A DNA stretch of 64,000 nt from Candidatus Heimdallarchaeota archaeon (GCA_030603365.1 JAUVXV010000003.1:288001-352000); one strand, 5' to 3'. Shown: positions 39,040-50,051, counted from the stretch's first letter. Notes: generated from the letters alone by a model not told the origin. Program-made: numbers and translations.

Positions 39040-40317
39040 CTATTGTTTTCGCTTCTTTAAGGCATATATCAATATAGGAATTGAAGCTAGTATTCGTACA
39101 ATTGTGATTCCTATCAGAAATATTCGAAGAACTATATAGAATTCATTGTCTGAATAAACATACCCATCTGTGAAAAATTCGAATATGACCCCACAAAGAA
39201 ATGAACCACAAAAAGTTGCAATTCCCAGCATCAAATTGAAAGCTCCTGAATATGCACCTTTTGCTTCAGGACCTGCTAGATCCAAGATTTCAGCACTTAT
39301 AGAAACCATGATTGCTCCATTTCCTAATCCTCCAAAGATATTTGCAATTATTACTAGGTACCATTCTGTACTAAATACAAGAACGAGTGGTACCATACAC
39401 AGTGAAATAATTCCCACAAACATGGTCATCCTTCTTCCAATCTTATCAGCAATTTTTCTTATAGATATCTGACTTAGGGCCATGGACGCAGAGAAAACTG
39501 CTGACAGAATTGCTATCTGTGCATTGGTGGGGTCTATTATTTTTAGCACATAAGGAAATAAGGGCCAAAGAAAACTCATAACAAACCACCAAGCTAGAGT
39601 AACAGTAATAAGAACGGCAAATGGCTTGTCTTTAGTTATTTCTCTTATTGATTTCAATTTATTCTTCTTTTTTAAAAGATTAGTTTCAGTTAATGTAACT
39701 ACAACAATAGCTGCAAATGCAAAAATAAATGAACCACAGAAAATCATGAACCGATAATTATAATCGGTCAGTTTATCTGAAAAAATAAGAAAATTTTCAG
39801 GAAAAGGTAAATAATCTGTTAGAAAACCTAAAACTAATAGGATTACTGAAGCTGAGATTGTTCCTACCATTCCTAATTGTCCTATTACCTTAACTCTAGT
39901 CTTCTTCGTAGAAATATCCCCCAACAGAGCATTCCAACTAGGAATGACCATGCTAATTCCTAATGAGTATAAAGCAATAATGATCATGAAAACTATTGTT
40001 GAGGAATTGAAAGCTAAAAATGCTGTTGTTATTGTAGCAATGATAAAACCCAGAATTAGAACAATTTTCCTTCCTAGCCTATCCGATAATCGACCAAAAA
40101 AACCTTGAAATAGATTTGTTCCTAGATTTTGAATACCTGTTATAATGGATATCTGTATAGGTGTAGCACTCATACCAACAGCAACTAAATTCGCATAGTT
40201 GAAGTAAAACTCCTGACCTGCACTGTTAGCTGCAGATATGATCATAGCTTTGATTTTTTCTTTTCTGGATATAGCATTGGTGGGGTGCTGTTCAACTTCA
40301 GTTTTCAAAACAACCAC
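39040..40317 (-). CDS. MFS transporter
   Basis: GRLSDRLGRK and IADKIGRR motif A repeats; about 12 TM. Confidence 0.93.
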   Translation of the reverse strand: MVVLKTEVEQHPTNAISRKEKIKAMIISAANSAGQEFYFNYANLVAVGMSATPIQISIITGIQNLGTNLFQGFFGRLSDRLGRKIVLILGFIIATITTAFLAFNSSTIVFMIIIALYSLGISMVIPSWNALLGDISTKKTRVKVIGQLGMVGTISASVILLVLGFLTDYLPFPENFLIFSDKLTDYNYRFMIFCGSFIFAFAAIVVVTLTETNLLKKKNKLKSIREITKDKPFAVLITVTLAWWFVMSFLWPLFPYVLKIIDPTNAQIAILSAVFSASMALSQISIRKIADKIGRRMTMFVGIISLCMVPLVLVFSTEWYLVIIANIFGGLGNGAIMVSISAEILDLAGPEAKGAYSGAFNLMLGIATFCGSFLCGVIFEFFTDGYVYSDNEFYIVLRIFLIGITIVRILASIPILIYALKKRKQ

Positions 40318-40498
40318 TCTTGCAGTGAATTGTCTTTTAAAAAATATTCTTATACTACTCCAATTGGAATGTTTTGATGATTGTTAAAAGCTTCAATAAT
40401 AAACTGTTTTTATCTTTAAAACACAGTGCTTACAGAAACTTTAAAAATGTCCATTCGTCACGATTGAATAAATTAAGACTAACTTCGAGGTTAATTAG

Positions 40499-43213
40499 AT
40501 GAAGGTTTCTAAGAAAAATTTTTCTCTGTTCACAGTTACATTTGTTTTAGGTCTACTACTTGGTACAACAATAGTGAATGCAATTGGGGTAAACACTGAT
40601 CCATTACCTCAAAATGGTTTCCAATGGGATATAACAGACCTACAAACAATTGATAGTACTGACTATTATTTAAATGAAAATATAAATATTGAAACTGGTG
40701 GAGAATTAAGAATTCTAAATTCGAATTTTTACATTAATGCAAGTGGTTTAAGGATAGATGTTCAACAAGGTGGTATTTTGTATGTTGACAATAGTAATAT
40801 CACTGTATCAAATCTTGCATATACTTATACAATAAGTTCATTTGCTAATATAGATCTCCTAAGTAGTGGTTCAAATTATACATTTATTGATAGCAAAGTT
40901 GAAAATGTAAAAATTTCAATTTCTCAGTACCAATTAAAATTCTGTGAGTTTATCTCAACAAGAACAACTTTTGATAATTTTGATATTTTTCTGCTTCAAA
41001 ATATAAGATATGTCAATCTTCAAGATAGCACTTTCTTCAATAGTACTGAGGGTGTTGAGCTTGTTAACATTGAAAGCATAACAGTCTTTCAAAATACTTT
41101 TCAACTGTTGGATTTTGGACTCGATATCGATGATTCGGCTGGAGGGGCTGTAGAATATAACAATTTCTTGAATATTACTACAACTGGTTTAATCGTTGAC
41201 GATTTCTCACGAACAAATGTTGCAGGTTTACCACGAGTGGATATAGCATGGAATACTTTTGAAAACATAACAACTGGAGCTAAACTAGAAGATTCTAGAA
41301 TGCATTTCGTTAATAATGACTTAATGAATTTACAAACAGGTTTAGTTCTAGATAATTCCGATTTCGGAATCTATGAATTCAATAATTTTACTGCTATCAC
41401 AGAGTTTTGTATCACAGCAGTAGATACCAGAGCAACTTTTGTAAGAAATAACTATTTTGCTGACAGTCCTATAGCATTAGACTTACTTATCTCTCCTGTT
41501 ATAATTTATGGAAATCAATTTAAGAACTTAACAACCGGTGTGTTAGCATACGATTCAGATGGCCTTAAATTATATGAAAATGAGTTTAATGACATCTCTT
41601 ATTATGCTGCAGAAATTGATGAAACAAGAGACGTACAGGCTTATTTAAATATAATTTCAAACTCCTTAGGAGGAATTAGTCTTACCAATGGTAGAAGTTG
41701 CTTGATTCAAGAAAATAATCTTGATAATGTACAAGATGGTATATCTGTCGTTTATGGTAAAGATATTAGTGTTCTTGGTAATACAGTAAATAACACAATC
41801 AGTGGTTATTATATAGAATCTACAAATGATATTATTCTTACAGCAAATGGAGCAATAAATGCAGAGTATGGTATATCCTTGTGGTCTGTTTCTGATGCAG
41901 TTCTTGCAAGCAATGGTGTATTTGATTCTGTCTATGGAATAAGTATCTGGTTCTCTGATTACATTGAAATGTCAGGAAATGAGGTAAGTACCTCAGACAT
42001 TGGAATAGTTGGAAGAAATACATATGGTTTAACCATCAAAGATGGATCTTACACTGAATTGACAAAAGGTATACAACTATTGGGATGTTATGCATCAAGA
42101 ATTTTTGGGAATACCTTTGACATTATTATTGAGGATGCTATTACATTAAGTGATAGTACCAATTTCCTTGTTTACAATAATAACTTCCTAACTGTAGGTA
42201 ACTATGGAAACATAGACAATAGTTTTGGAACATTCTACAAACAAATAGATAATGAAACCTTTATAGGTAATTTCTATGAAGGGGGAGATGGTTCTCCTGT
42301 TCTTATTGATGAATTTATCGTGAGCAGTGTTACATTTAATATAACAGATTATTATCCTTTGGCAACAAAATATAATGTCATACCTTCTGTTGAATATCTC
42401 ACAAGAGATATACTAGAACCTACTGATTTGGAATCCGTTGTTATTACAACTCAGATATTCATTCCTGAAGATACTGAAGATGTCGTGATTTTTCTACTAT
42501 ATAATCTGATTAATGAAACAACCTGGAGAATGGTAGACATTACTTCTTCTGAAACTCCGATTGGTTCAATTGGTGCTATCAACCAATATCAAGTAATTTT
42601 AGCGCCTTTACCATATGACTATGTTGTAACATATAGAATCATGGTTAATTACACAATTGATCTTGTAGAACAATCAGCCTATTCTGAAAATGGAACATAT
42701 ACTGTTCAAGTTTCAGAAGAAACTCCTATAATTATTAACAAACCAGAAGTAAAAGTGGAAACTTACTCAGAAGCTGATGATAAAGACATTACTGTAATTA
42801 CTAATTCTTTCTACGAAGATACTGAATACTATATATTTGTTAAAATTACAAATAGAACAGATATTCAAATTCTAGCAGGAAAGAGGCACGTAAACCTTTC
42901 ATGGTATGAAATAGATCCAACCACAAACGAAACACAATTCTTTACAGGAATTATGGATTACAATTCAACTACCTATGATTATTATGCAGTCTTTGGTAGA
43001 GGTTATGCTATTGGAATGATACTTGAATACTATATTACAGTTGTGGATTCAAACGGAACTTTCTACAGAACAGTACTCAATTATACTATAATTATAGAAC
43101 CTCCTGTAATACCGACGGGATTTGATACGATTACGCTTTTAACGTTAGGTGGAACACTTTTAGTTATCCAGGTAATTGTTGTGTATCGAAGAAGAAAATC
43201 AAAAGAGGAATAG
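40499..43213 (+). CDS. Large surface protein with right-handed parallel beta-helix (NosD/CASH) repeats, C-terminally anchored
   Basis: Signal peptide; many G-I-x-L...N-x-F/V repeats; GNFY...DYYPL end motif; Ig-like domains; PTGF, TM, RRRK. Confidence 0.85.
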   Translation: MKVSKKNFSLFTVTFVLGLLLGTTIVNAIGVNTDPLPQNGFQWDITDLQTIDSTDYYLNENINIETGGELRILNSNFYINASGLRIDVQQGGILYVDNSNITVSNLAYTYTISSFANIDLLSSGSNYTFIDSKVENVKISISQYQLKFCEFISTRTTFDNFDIFLLQNIRYVNLQDSTFFNSTEGVELVNIESITVFQNTFQLLDFGLDIDDSAGGAVEYNNFLNITTTGLIVDDFSRTNVAGLPRVDIAWNTFENITTGAKLEDSRMHFVNNDLMNLQTGLVLDNSDFGIYEFNNFTAITEFCITAVDTRATFVRNNYFADSPIALDLLISPVIIYGNQFKNLTTGVLAYDSDGLKLYENEFNDISYYAAEIDETRDVQAYLNIISNSLGGISLTNGRSCLIQENNLDNVQDGISVVYGKDISVLGNTVNNTISGYYIESTNDIILTANGAINAEYGISLWSVSDAVLASNGVFDSVYGISIWFSDYIEMSGNEVSTSDIGIVGRNTYGLTIKDGSYTELTKGIQLLGCYASRIFGNTFDIIIEDAITLSDSTNFLVYNNNFLTVGNYGNIDNSFGTFYKQIDNETFIGNFYEGGDGSPVLIDEFIVSSVTFNITDYYPLATKYNVIPSVEYLTRDILEPTDLESVVITTQIFIPEDTEDVVIFLLYNLINETTWRMVDITSSETPIGSIGAINQYQVILAPLPYDYVVTYRIMVNYTIDLVEQSAYSENGTYTVQVSEETPIIINKPEVKVETYSEADDKDITVITNSFYEDTEYYIFVKITNRTDIQILAGKRHVNLSWYEIDPTTNETQFFTGIMDYNSTTYDYYAVFGRGYAIGMILEYYITVVDSNGTFYRTVLNYTIIIEPPVIPTGFDTITLLTLGGTLLVIQVIVVYRRRKSKEE

Positions 43214-43320
43214 TTTTTTCCTTTTTATTCTTTCATTTTTTTATTCTAGTTTGTTTGCTTCAAAATTACATTGGTTTTGCTTGCATAGTAAGATAAATAA
43301 ACATATATTGATGAGTTGAA

Positions 43321-44058
43321 GTGAGATTTATGCACGGTTTACCAGAAGGAAAAAGGAAAGTTTTCAATAAAGAGGATTTTATACAACAATTTATCCTTGG
43401 AGCAATTATAATCGCATGTGTTGTATTTGCATTTGTCCTTGATATTAAATTACTTAAAGTTCTATCAATTATAGCAATTTCAATTGTTGGTGTAGTTATC
43501 ATTACTTACTATACAATCGAGTTAATGACTGGAACTGGATATGTTATCGCAAGTGCAATTAATGAGTTTATTTACCTTGTTCTGGGTCTTCCAATCCTAG
43601 TGGTAGCCGCAGGATTTCTACCTGCAAGTTTGTTCATAGCTTTCTTTAAACCCTCTGGAGAATTTGTTGCCTTAACTATATATGTAATTCTAGGAGCTTT
43701 GGAATTTTTTGCAATACTCTTCCTTATCACTAGATATTTACGTGATAAAAAAATGAATCTCTTCCAATATATCAGATATTTATTTGATTTTGAAAGAAGA
43801 AAAGAAGAAAACAGAAGATTTCGCGAACGAAATGAACAAATAGATGGATTCTACTCTGACTTGCAAAAAGTTGAAGCTAGGATTGCTGAAAAAATTCAGG
43901 AGAAGGCAACAGGATTTGATGAATTTGACTGGAAGGAAAGAGTGCAGCAAATTTCTGGGACAAAAAAGAAAGAAGTAAAATGCTGGAATTGCAGTAGAAT
44001 GAACGATGAAGATGCTATCTTCTGTACAAATTGTAGTGCTCCTTTAAAAAGAGAGTAA
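43321..44058 (+). CDS. Membrane protein with C-terminal zinc ribbon
   Basis: About 4 TM, coiled coil, CWNC...NDEDAIFCTNC. Confidence 0.75.
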   Translation: MRFMHGLPEGKRKVFNKEDFIQQFILGAIIIACVVFAFVLDIKLLKVLSIIAISIVGVVIITYYTIELMTGTGYVIASAINEFIYLVLGLPILVVAAGFLPASLFIAFFKPSGEFVALTIYVILGALEFFAILFLITRYLRDKKMNLFQYIRYLFDFERRKEENRRFRERNEQIDGFYSDLQKVEARIAEKIQEKATGFDEFDWKERVQQISGTKKKEVKCWNCSRMNDEDAIFCTNCSAPLKRE

Positions 44059-44105
44059 AGTTAAGTTTATTCTCTTTTTTGTAACTACTCACTCACAACA
44101 TATGG

Positions 44106-44780
44106 TTGTATCAAATGAACAGCAGAAAAACAGAAAACTGTCTTTTAATAGTCTTTGATTTTGATGGAGTACTTGCAGATTCAAAAGACGCATTTGCTCT
44201 CCAAATGCAAGATACTATTAAGTTTTTCACAAATAAATTGATACCTGAAGAAATTTTTAAGGAACGTGTAGGTAATACTGATCAAGGTCAAGATTTTGTT
44301 GAATTTTTAGGTTCTAATGATCCGCAACTAATTGATAAAGCAATCATTCAATATGTTTCTTTAACCGAGAAATATGCCTATCTTCGTAAGTTGTATCCTA
44401 ATGTTCGAGAAACACTAGAAACTCTTAAAAAAGATCATATTATTGGTATAGTTTCAAGAAAATCACAAGAGCGTATGGAAAAGTGGTTACATCATTTTAA
44501 AATTACTCATTTGTTTGACAGACCTATTGGGACACTCGAAAATTCTAAATCTAATGCTATTTTACAGATCATGAAAGAATTCAATATACCTCCTGAAAGA
44601 ACAATCATGGTAGGAGATACAGAATTTGATGTTTTAGGAGCAAAAGATGCAGGCGTGCATTCTGTAATTGCACTCTATGGTGCTGCTAATCCTGAAGAAG
44701 TATTTGCTTTATCCCCAACATACTCAATCAATTCCATAGAGGAAATAATAAAGATTGTAGAACAACATCTAGACAAATAG
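44106..44780 (+). CDS. HAD-superfamily hydrolase (phosphoglycolate phosphatase-like)
   Basis: FDFDGVLADS motif I, VSRK, MVGDTEFD motif IV. Confidence 0.9.
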   Translation: MYQMNSRKTENCLLIVFDFDGVLADSKDAFALQMQDTIKFFTNKLIPEEIFKERVGNTDQGQDFVEFLGSNDPQLIDKAIIQYVSLTEKYAYLRKLYPNVRETLETLKKDHIIGIVSRKSQERMEKWLHHFKITHLFDRPIGTLENSKSNAILQIMKEFNIPPERTIMVGDTEFDVLGAKDAGVHSVIALYGAANPEEVFALSPTYSINSIEEIIKIVEQHLDK

Positions 44781-44807
44781 ATAAATGCCTTGCACAAATT
44801 TAAATAG

Positions 44808-45635
44808 ATGAAATCAATTCCTCGAATGATGAAAGTAGGTTTTCTCCAGTTTGGTCCAATCCTTAAGCAAGTTGAAGAAAATATTGATAAAATCTCAAAA
44901 ATTATTTCCACAACTGGAAACTTCGATTTATTAGTAATTCCTGAATTAGCTAATTCTGGATATGTTTTTGTTAATAGGAGTGAACTTGCTGAAGTAGCAG
45001 AGGAAATACCAAATGGTTATTTTGTTGAGAAATTGACAGAACTAGCTAAAGAAAAGGACGGTTACATAGTTAGTGGAATTTGTGAAAAAAAAGGAGAAAC
45101 TTTCTTTAATTCATCAGTATTAGTCGGTCCAGAAGGATATATTGGAAAATATAGAAAAATTCATCTCTTTGATAGAGAGGAATTGTTTTTCCAACCTGGA
45201 GACGGTGAGTTTCGATTATTCAATGTAAGGGGAATGAATGTTGGTCTCTTAATCTGCTGGGATTGGATTTTTCCAGAAGCAACAAGAAGTTTAGCATTAC
45301 AAGGAATGGATATTCTCGCTCATTCTACTAATTTGGTTCTATCATACTGTCAGAGTGCAATGATTACTAGATCAATTGAAAATCGAATATTTACTATAAC
45401 ATCAAATCGTACAGGTTTTGAAAAGAATGGAGAATTTGAACTCCATTTCAAAGGACAAAGTCAAATTACATCTCCAGATGCAAAAAGATTGGCTCAAGCT
45501 GGGACTGATACAGAAGAGCTTCAATTAGCTGAAATCGATGTAGAGAAAGCAAGAAATAAATGGTTAAGTGATAGAAATCATATTTTTGAAGATAGAAGAC
45601 CTGAAAAGTATAACAAATTAATAGGAAAAAAATAA
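44808..45635 (+). CDS. Carbon-nitrogen hydrolase (nitrilase superfamily)
   Basis: Glu-Lys-Cys triad: IPEL, YRKIHLF, LICWDWIFPE. Confidence 0.92.
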   Translation: MKSIPRMMKVGFLQFGPILKQVEENIDKISKIISTTGNFDLLVIPELANSGYVFVNRSELAEVAEEIPNGYFVEKLTELAKEKDGYIVSGICEKKGETFFNSSVLVGPEGYIGKYRKIHLFDREELFFQPGDGEFRLFNVRGMNVGLLICWDWIFPEATRSLALQGMDILAHSTNLVLSYCQSAMITRSIENRIFTITSNRTGFEKNGEFELHFKGQSQITSPDAKRLAQAGTDTEELQLAEIDVEKARNKWLSDRNHIFEDRRPEKYNKLIGKK

Positions 45636-45668
45636 ATTTAAACAATAATAATAATCTGAGTTGAACTC

Positions 45669-46571
45669 ATGAAAACTACTCAACCAAAAGAAAGCAAAGG
45701 AACATATATTCCGCATAAGGCAGCTGCTGAATTTAAACCTACAAAGGATTGGACCATTGAGGAAGCAGCTAGTTTGTATGATGATAGGATTTTTACTTTC
45801 GAAGTTGATAGGATTCATTTTGAAGATTGCATAAAAGGTATGAGCGAACTTCCTTCCGAATGTATTGATATGTTGATTGCAGATCCTCCTTTTGGTCTCA
45901 ATTTCGGAGGTATGGAACCTCTTTATAACAGAGATAGTAACTTTGTTGCTGAAGGTTACAAAGATGTTCAACTAGAAAATTATTCATCTTTTACTGAAAA
46001 ATGGATTAGTGAAATACCTAGACTACTCAAAGATGATGCTGGAGTGTGGATTTTTAGTGGTTGGACCAACCTAGTCGATATTTTAAATTCACTTAAAGAT
46101 AACAATCTGAAACTGATTAACCATATTATATGGAAATATCAATTTGGAGTCTTTACTAGAAAAAAGTTTGTTACGAGTCACTATCACGTTCTCTTTGCAG
46201 TAAGAAATGAGAAAAACTACTTTTTCAATAAGATTGAACATTATCCTGAAGATGTATGGAACTTTAAAAGAGAGTATGAAAGAGGAGTAAAGAAAAACGC
46301 AACCAAACTACCAATAGATTTAGTCCTAAGATGTGTAGATTTTGGCAGCAAACCAGGAGATGTTATCATAGATCCATTTATGGGAAATGGAACTACTGCT
46401 ATTGCAGCAAAAGGTTCTTTCAGACATTATATAGGTTTTGAGATAAATAATGCTTTAGAAGATATTATTAACAAAGGACTGAACAAAACAGAATTAGGAC
46501 AACACTATATTCCTTATTCAGAGAGACCAGATGATCTCGTTCTCAAAGCAAGAAGAAAATTTAAGTCCTAA
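45669..46571 (+). CDS. Orphan N6-adenine/N4-cytosine DNA methyltransferase, class beta
   Basis: Motif IV IADPPF precedes motif I DPFMGNGTT; no endonuclease gene adjacent. Confidence 0.9.
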   Translation: MKTTQPKESKGTYIPHKAAAEFKPTKDWTIEEAASLYDDRIFTFEVDRIHFEDCIKGMSELPSECIDMLIADPPFGLNFGGMEPLYNRDSNFVAEGYKDVQLENYSSFTEKWISEIPRLLKDDAGVWIFSGWTNLVDILNSLKDNNLKLINHIIWKYQFGVFTRKKFVTSHYHVLFAVRNEKNYFFNKIEHYPEDVWNFKREYERGVKKNATKLPIDLVLRCVDFGSKPGDVIIDPFMGNGTTAIAAKGSFRHYIGFEINNALEDIINKGLNKTELGQHYIPYSERPDDLVLKARRKFKS

Positions 46572-46591
46572 GGTCTATTATCATTCATGGT

Positions 46592-46816
46592 TTATTCTTT
46601 GGAGTATTTGAAACTAAGTTTAACTCTAGCTCTATATGCAATAATCAAACCATCTTTTATCCTTGCGTCTAGTTTATCTACTTCTACAATTCTTAAATCT
46701 CTAAGACTTTTCGAAGCTTGGGCAACAGCTGCTTGAACAGCTTCTTCCCAATTGTTTGGTGATGAACCTACAAGTTCTATTATTTTGTATACTTTATCCT
46801 CTTCCATTTTTTTCAC
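46592..46816 (-). CDS. Dodecin (flavin-binding)
   Basis: VYKIIELVGSSPNNWEEAVQAAV...YRARVKLSFKY. Confidence 0.92.
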   Translation of the reverse strand: MKKMEEDKVYKIIELVGSSPNNWEEAVQAAVAQASKSLRDLRIVEVDKLDARIKDGLIIAYRARVKLSFKYSKE

Positions 46817-47007
46817 TTTCTAAGTTCTCTAGATTATGAAAGAGTTTGAAGATTTATTTAAACATTTGTTACTTTTTTACTTGAAATATCAAAAGTTATA
46901 GTCCTGCATAAATTTACTAAATGGAAAGGTCAATTCTAGAACTAGGGCTATCTTAAAATAATAGATTTTACAGAAGGTGTCTAAAAATTTATAAGAGTTA
47001 AGAGTTT

Positions 47008-47718
47008 ATGCACAGTGAACATATGAAGAAGAATCGAATAATCATAATTTTTTTGTTGATAATCCTCTTTACAAATACTCTAGGGGTAGTATCAGCAGAT
47101 TCACAGATATTAAATGTTATTCGAAATTTGTCACCAGATACTTACAGCCAGAATTTTTTTTCTATAGTAAATAAATCAAAAGTGACTATAGAAATAACTG
47201 CTTCGCTACCTGTTAACTTGAGAATATGTGATTATGGAAGGTACTCTCTTTATGATAGTGGATTAATTCTTGAACCCCAGTGGTATTCTGAGAAAAATGG
47301 AATTACTTCAGATACAATAAAAATAAATCTTGATGAAGGAATTTATGAAGTTATAATAATAAACGAAAATCCTGATAATTGTCCCATTCTTTTGATTTTA
47401 TCATCAGCTGAAATTTCTGGATTATTTGGATCAAATATAGTATATGGTGTTATTGGAGTAGCAGTCCTTGCATTCATTATCATAGCTTCTAGTTTCTATA
47501 CAAGATCAAAAAAGAGAGATGTATCACTTTATCAGGATTTAGATAAAAAAATTCTTCAGACAGAAGATCAGCAGCTTTTGACACCACAGGATGGTACGGG
47601 TTTAATAATAGTTGAAGAACATCCGAAAACTGCTCTTTCTGTTATCGAATGTGTTGTATGTGGAGAGATAAATGAGCCAGATTCTGCATTCTGTGAAAAA
47701 TGTGGAAATAAAATCTAG
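47008..47718 (+). CDS. Type I membrane protein with beta-sandwich (GOLD-like?) ectodomain and C-terminal zinc ribbon
   Basis: Signal peptide, ~100 aa beta-rich domain (GIYEVIIIN), TM, CVVCGEINEPDSAFCEKCG. Confidence 0.7.
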   Translation: MHSEHMKKNRIIIIFLLIILFTNTLGVVSADSQILNVIRNLSPDTYSQNFFSIVNKSKVTIEITASLPVNLRICDYGRYSLYDSGLILEPQWYSEKNGITSDTIKINLDEGIYEVIIINENPDNCPILLILSSAEISGLFGSNIVYGVIGVAVLAFIIIASSFYTRSKKRDVSLYQDLDKKILQTEDQQLLTPQDGTGLIIVEEHPKTALSVIECVVCGEINEPDSAFCEKCGNKI

Positions 47719-47742
47719 AACTGAAGGAAGCATAGTTAGACT

Positions 47743-49122
47743 CTAGAGAAATTCCTTCACTAAATTGTAATATACATTAAGTGATAGTTCTAATGATTTT
47801 AGATCTATTCTCTCATCTATTCCATGTACTAGATTCACAAAGTGTTCCATTGGCATATCAGGATTGTATAGAGCAAACCCGTAAGTATCTATATACTGTC
47901 CTCTAAGATATCTTCCATCTGTAGCTCCCATAGCTATTAAAGGAACAAGTTTAGCATTAGGGATTTCGTGTTCTATTGCTTTTTCCATTGCATCAACAAA
48001 TATAGACTGAACTGGGCTTTCAGTTCCTAGAGACTTAATCCCTTCTTCAGTTGAAGCATCAACTATTTCAGTTTCATCAGCAAGTTTACCAAGTGCTTTT
48101 CTGAGGTGGAAAAGAACATAATCGTCATCTTGTCCTGGTAATGTTCGAATATCTAATTCTACCTCTGCATTTGCTGCAATAATATTAGTTTTAGTACCTC
48201 CTGAGACGATATTAGGTGAGATAGTCATACGACTCAAACTATGAATGAACTTAGCCATATGTTGATTCTTTTTGTTTAACAATTTCAATGCAATTGGTAA
48301 GAATTTCTTATTAGTAATTATTAATCTTACCAGAAAATTCATGTTTAATCCTTTAACAAGATTCCCTATATATTCCGCATTTACTGGCATTTTCTTATCA
48401 CAATAATTGGTCAGAAGCAATGCTGCTCTAGATGCTTTAAGAACGGCATTATCTGCAGAAAAAGGCATACTACCATGTCCTGGTGTTCCTTTGAAGATTA
48501 GTTTTTTCCATATAGCTCCTTTTTCTCCATTAATGAAAATGAGTTTACCTTGAGCTATTGATATACCGCCAGATTCAGTTACAGCATACATTTTTTTCTT
48601 ATTGATATTTAACATCTCTGGGTGTTTATCTATTACCCATTTTGCTCCATAATCACCTCCGCATTCTTCATCTGCAACAATAAACAGAATTAGATCTCTT
48701 TTTGGTTTAAATCCCTCATGATGAAGTTTGCAGAAAGCTTGGACTTGGGTAGCTACCATAAATAGCATATCTAGAGTTCCTCTTCCCCACACATATCCGT
48801 CTTTAATTTCCGCACTAAATGGTTCAACTGTCCATTTTTCTGGTATTGTAACTGGAACAACATCAACATGACTAGGACCAAAGATTAATCCTGGATGATT
48901 TTCATCCTTCCCTTCAATCCTTGCCACTAAATTACCTCTATTGGGTGCAGATTCAAAAACTTCACATTTAATTCCTTTGTTGTTAAGAAATTTCTCAATC
49001 GTTTTGATTGATTTCATCTCATTTCCTGGTGGATTAACACATTTGTTTTTGACTAGTTCTTGAAGAAGAGCAATAGTTTCATTTAATTCTACAGAATCCT
49101 TGGAGACATTCATTGATTTCAT
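47743..49122 (-). CDS. M20/M25/M40 family metallopeptidase
   Basis: SHVDVVP, WGRGTLDM, ADEECGG, GHGSMP, GATDGR, HGIDER. ATG at 49122 preferred. Confidence 0.92.
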   Translation of the reverse strand: MKSMNVSKDSVELNETIALLQELVKNKCVNPPGNEMKSIKTIEKFLNNKGIKCEVFESAPNRGNLVARIEGKDENHPGLIFGPSHVDVVPVTIPEKWTVEPFSAEIKDGYVWGRGTLDMLFMVATQVQAFCKLHHEGFKPKRDLILFIVADEECGGDYGAKWVIDKHPEMLNINKKKMYAVTESGGISIAQGKLIFINGEKGAIWKKLIFKGTPGHGSMPFSADNAVLKASRAALLLTNYCDKKMPVNAEYIGNLVKGLNMNFLVRLIITNKKFLPIALKLLNKKNQHMAKFIHSLSRMTISPNIVSGGTKTNIIAANAEVELDIRTLPGQDDDYVLFHLRKALGKLADETEIVDASTEEGIKSLGTESPVQSIFVDAMEKAIEHEIPNAKLVPLIAMGATDGRYLRGQYIDTYGFALYNPDMPMEHFVNLVHGIDERIDLKSLELSLNVYYNLVKEFL

Positions 49123-49210
49123 GGATAAAAGGCTATAATTAAAGTTAACGGGATATATATTCTGTTTAATAGCAACATTGATATGAAAATATCCAGAATA
49201 AATCAAAAGG

Positions 49211-49969
49211 GTGGAAAAAATTACATCTTTAGAAAATCAAGTTGAACAAGTAGCTAAGTTAGTATTTGAATCAAAATATCTGGTTGTTTTTACAGGTGCT
49301 GGAATAAGTACAGAATCAGGACTAGCTGATTTTCGTGGAAAAGATGGATTATGGACTAGAAGGGATAAAGGTCTTCCTCCACCTAAATCTAAACATTTCG
49401 ATGAAGTTGAACCTAATGCTGGCCATCGTGCAATAGTTGATTTACAAGAAATGGGTTTACTTAAGTTTCTTCTCTCTCAAAATGTTGATAATCTCCATCT
49501 TAAGTCAGGAATAAAACCAGAGCTTATTGCCGAATTGCATGGTAACTATATGCTGATGAAGTGTATAGATTGTGATACGAGATATACTAAAGAAAAGATT
49601 GGATGGGATAGGGATGTTCATGGTAGAGGTTTTAGAACTGAACAACATGAACCTAATCAACCTCTATGTCCAGAGTGCCAAGGACGAATAATCACTTCTG
49701 TTGTGAATTTTAATGACCCAATGCCTGAAAAAGAAATGACTATTTCAAAAGAACATACACTGAAGTGCGATTTAATGATTGTTGTAGGTTCTAGCCTAGC
49801 TGTTCAACCCGCTGCTGGTTTTCCTCTCAAAGCCAAGAGAAATGGTGCAAAATTAGTAATAATCAACATCGATTCAACACCTCTTGATAACAAAGCTGAC
49901 ATAAAATTAGATGTTGAAGCAGGAGAGTTTCTCACAGAAATTGTGGCAACAGTCAAAAAAATGTTTTAA
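49211..49969 (+). CDS. cobB: Sir2-family NAD-dependent protein deacylase
   Basis: TGAGISTESGLADFRG, SQNVDNLH, ELHGN, two CxxC, VGSSLAVQPAA. Confidence 0.93.
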   Translation: MEKITSLENQVEQVAKLVFESKYLVVFTGAGISTESGLADFRGKDGLWTRRDKGLPPPKSKHFDEVEPNAGHRAIVDLQEMGLLKFLLSQNVDNLHLKSGIKPELIAELHGNYMLMKCIDCDTRYTKEKIGWDRDVHGRGFRTEQHEPNQPLCPECQGRIITSVVNFNDPMPEKEMTISKEHTLKCDLMIVVGSSLAVQPAAGFPLKAKRNGAKLVIINIDSTPLDNKADIKLDVEAGEFLTEIVATVKKMF

Positions 49970-50051
49970 TCTACTTTCTTCCTTTTTAATGAGTGACAAA
50001 TGCTTATATATTGGTGTTATTTAGCTTCATTGATTCACAAATTTGTGAAAA

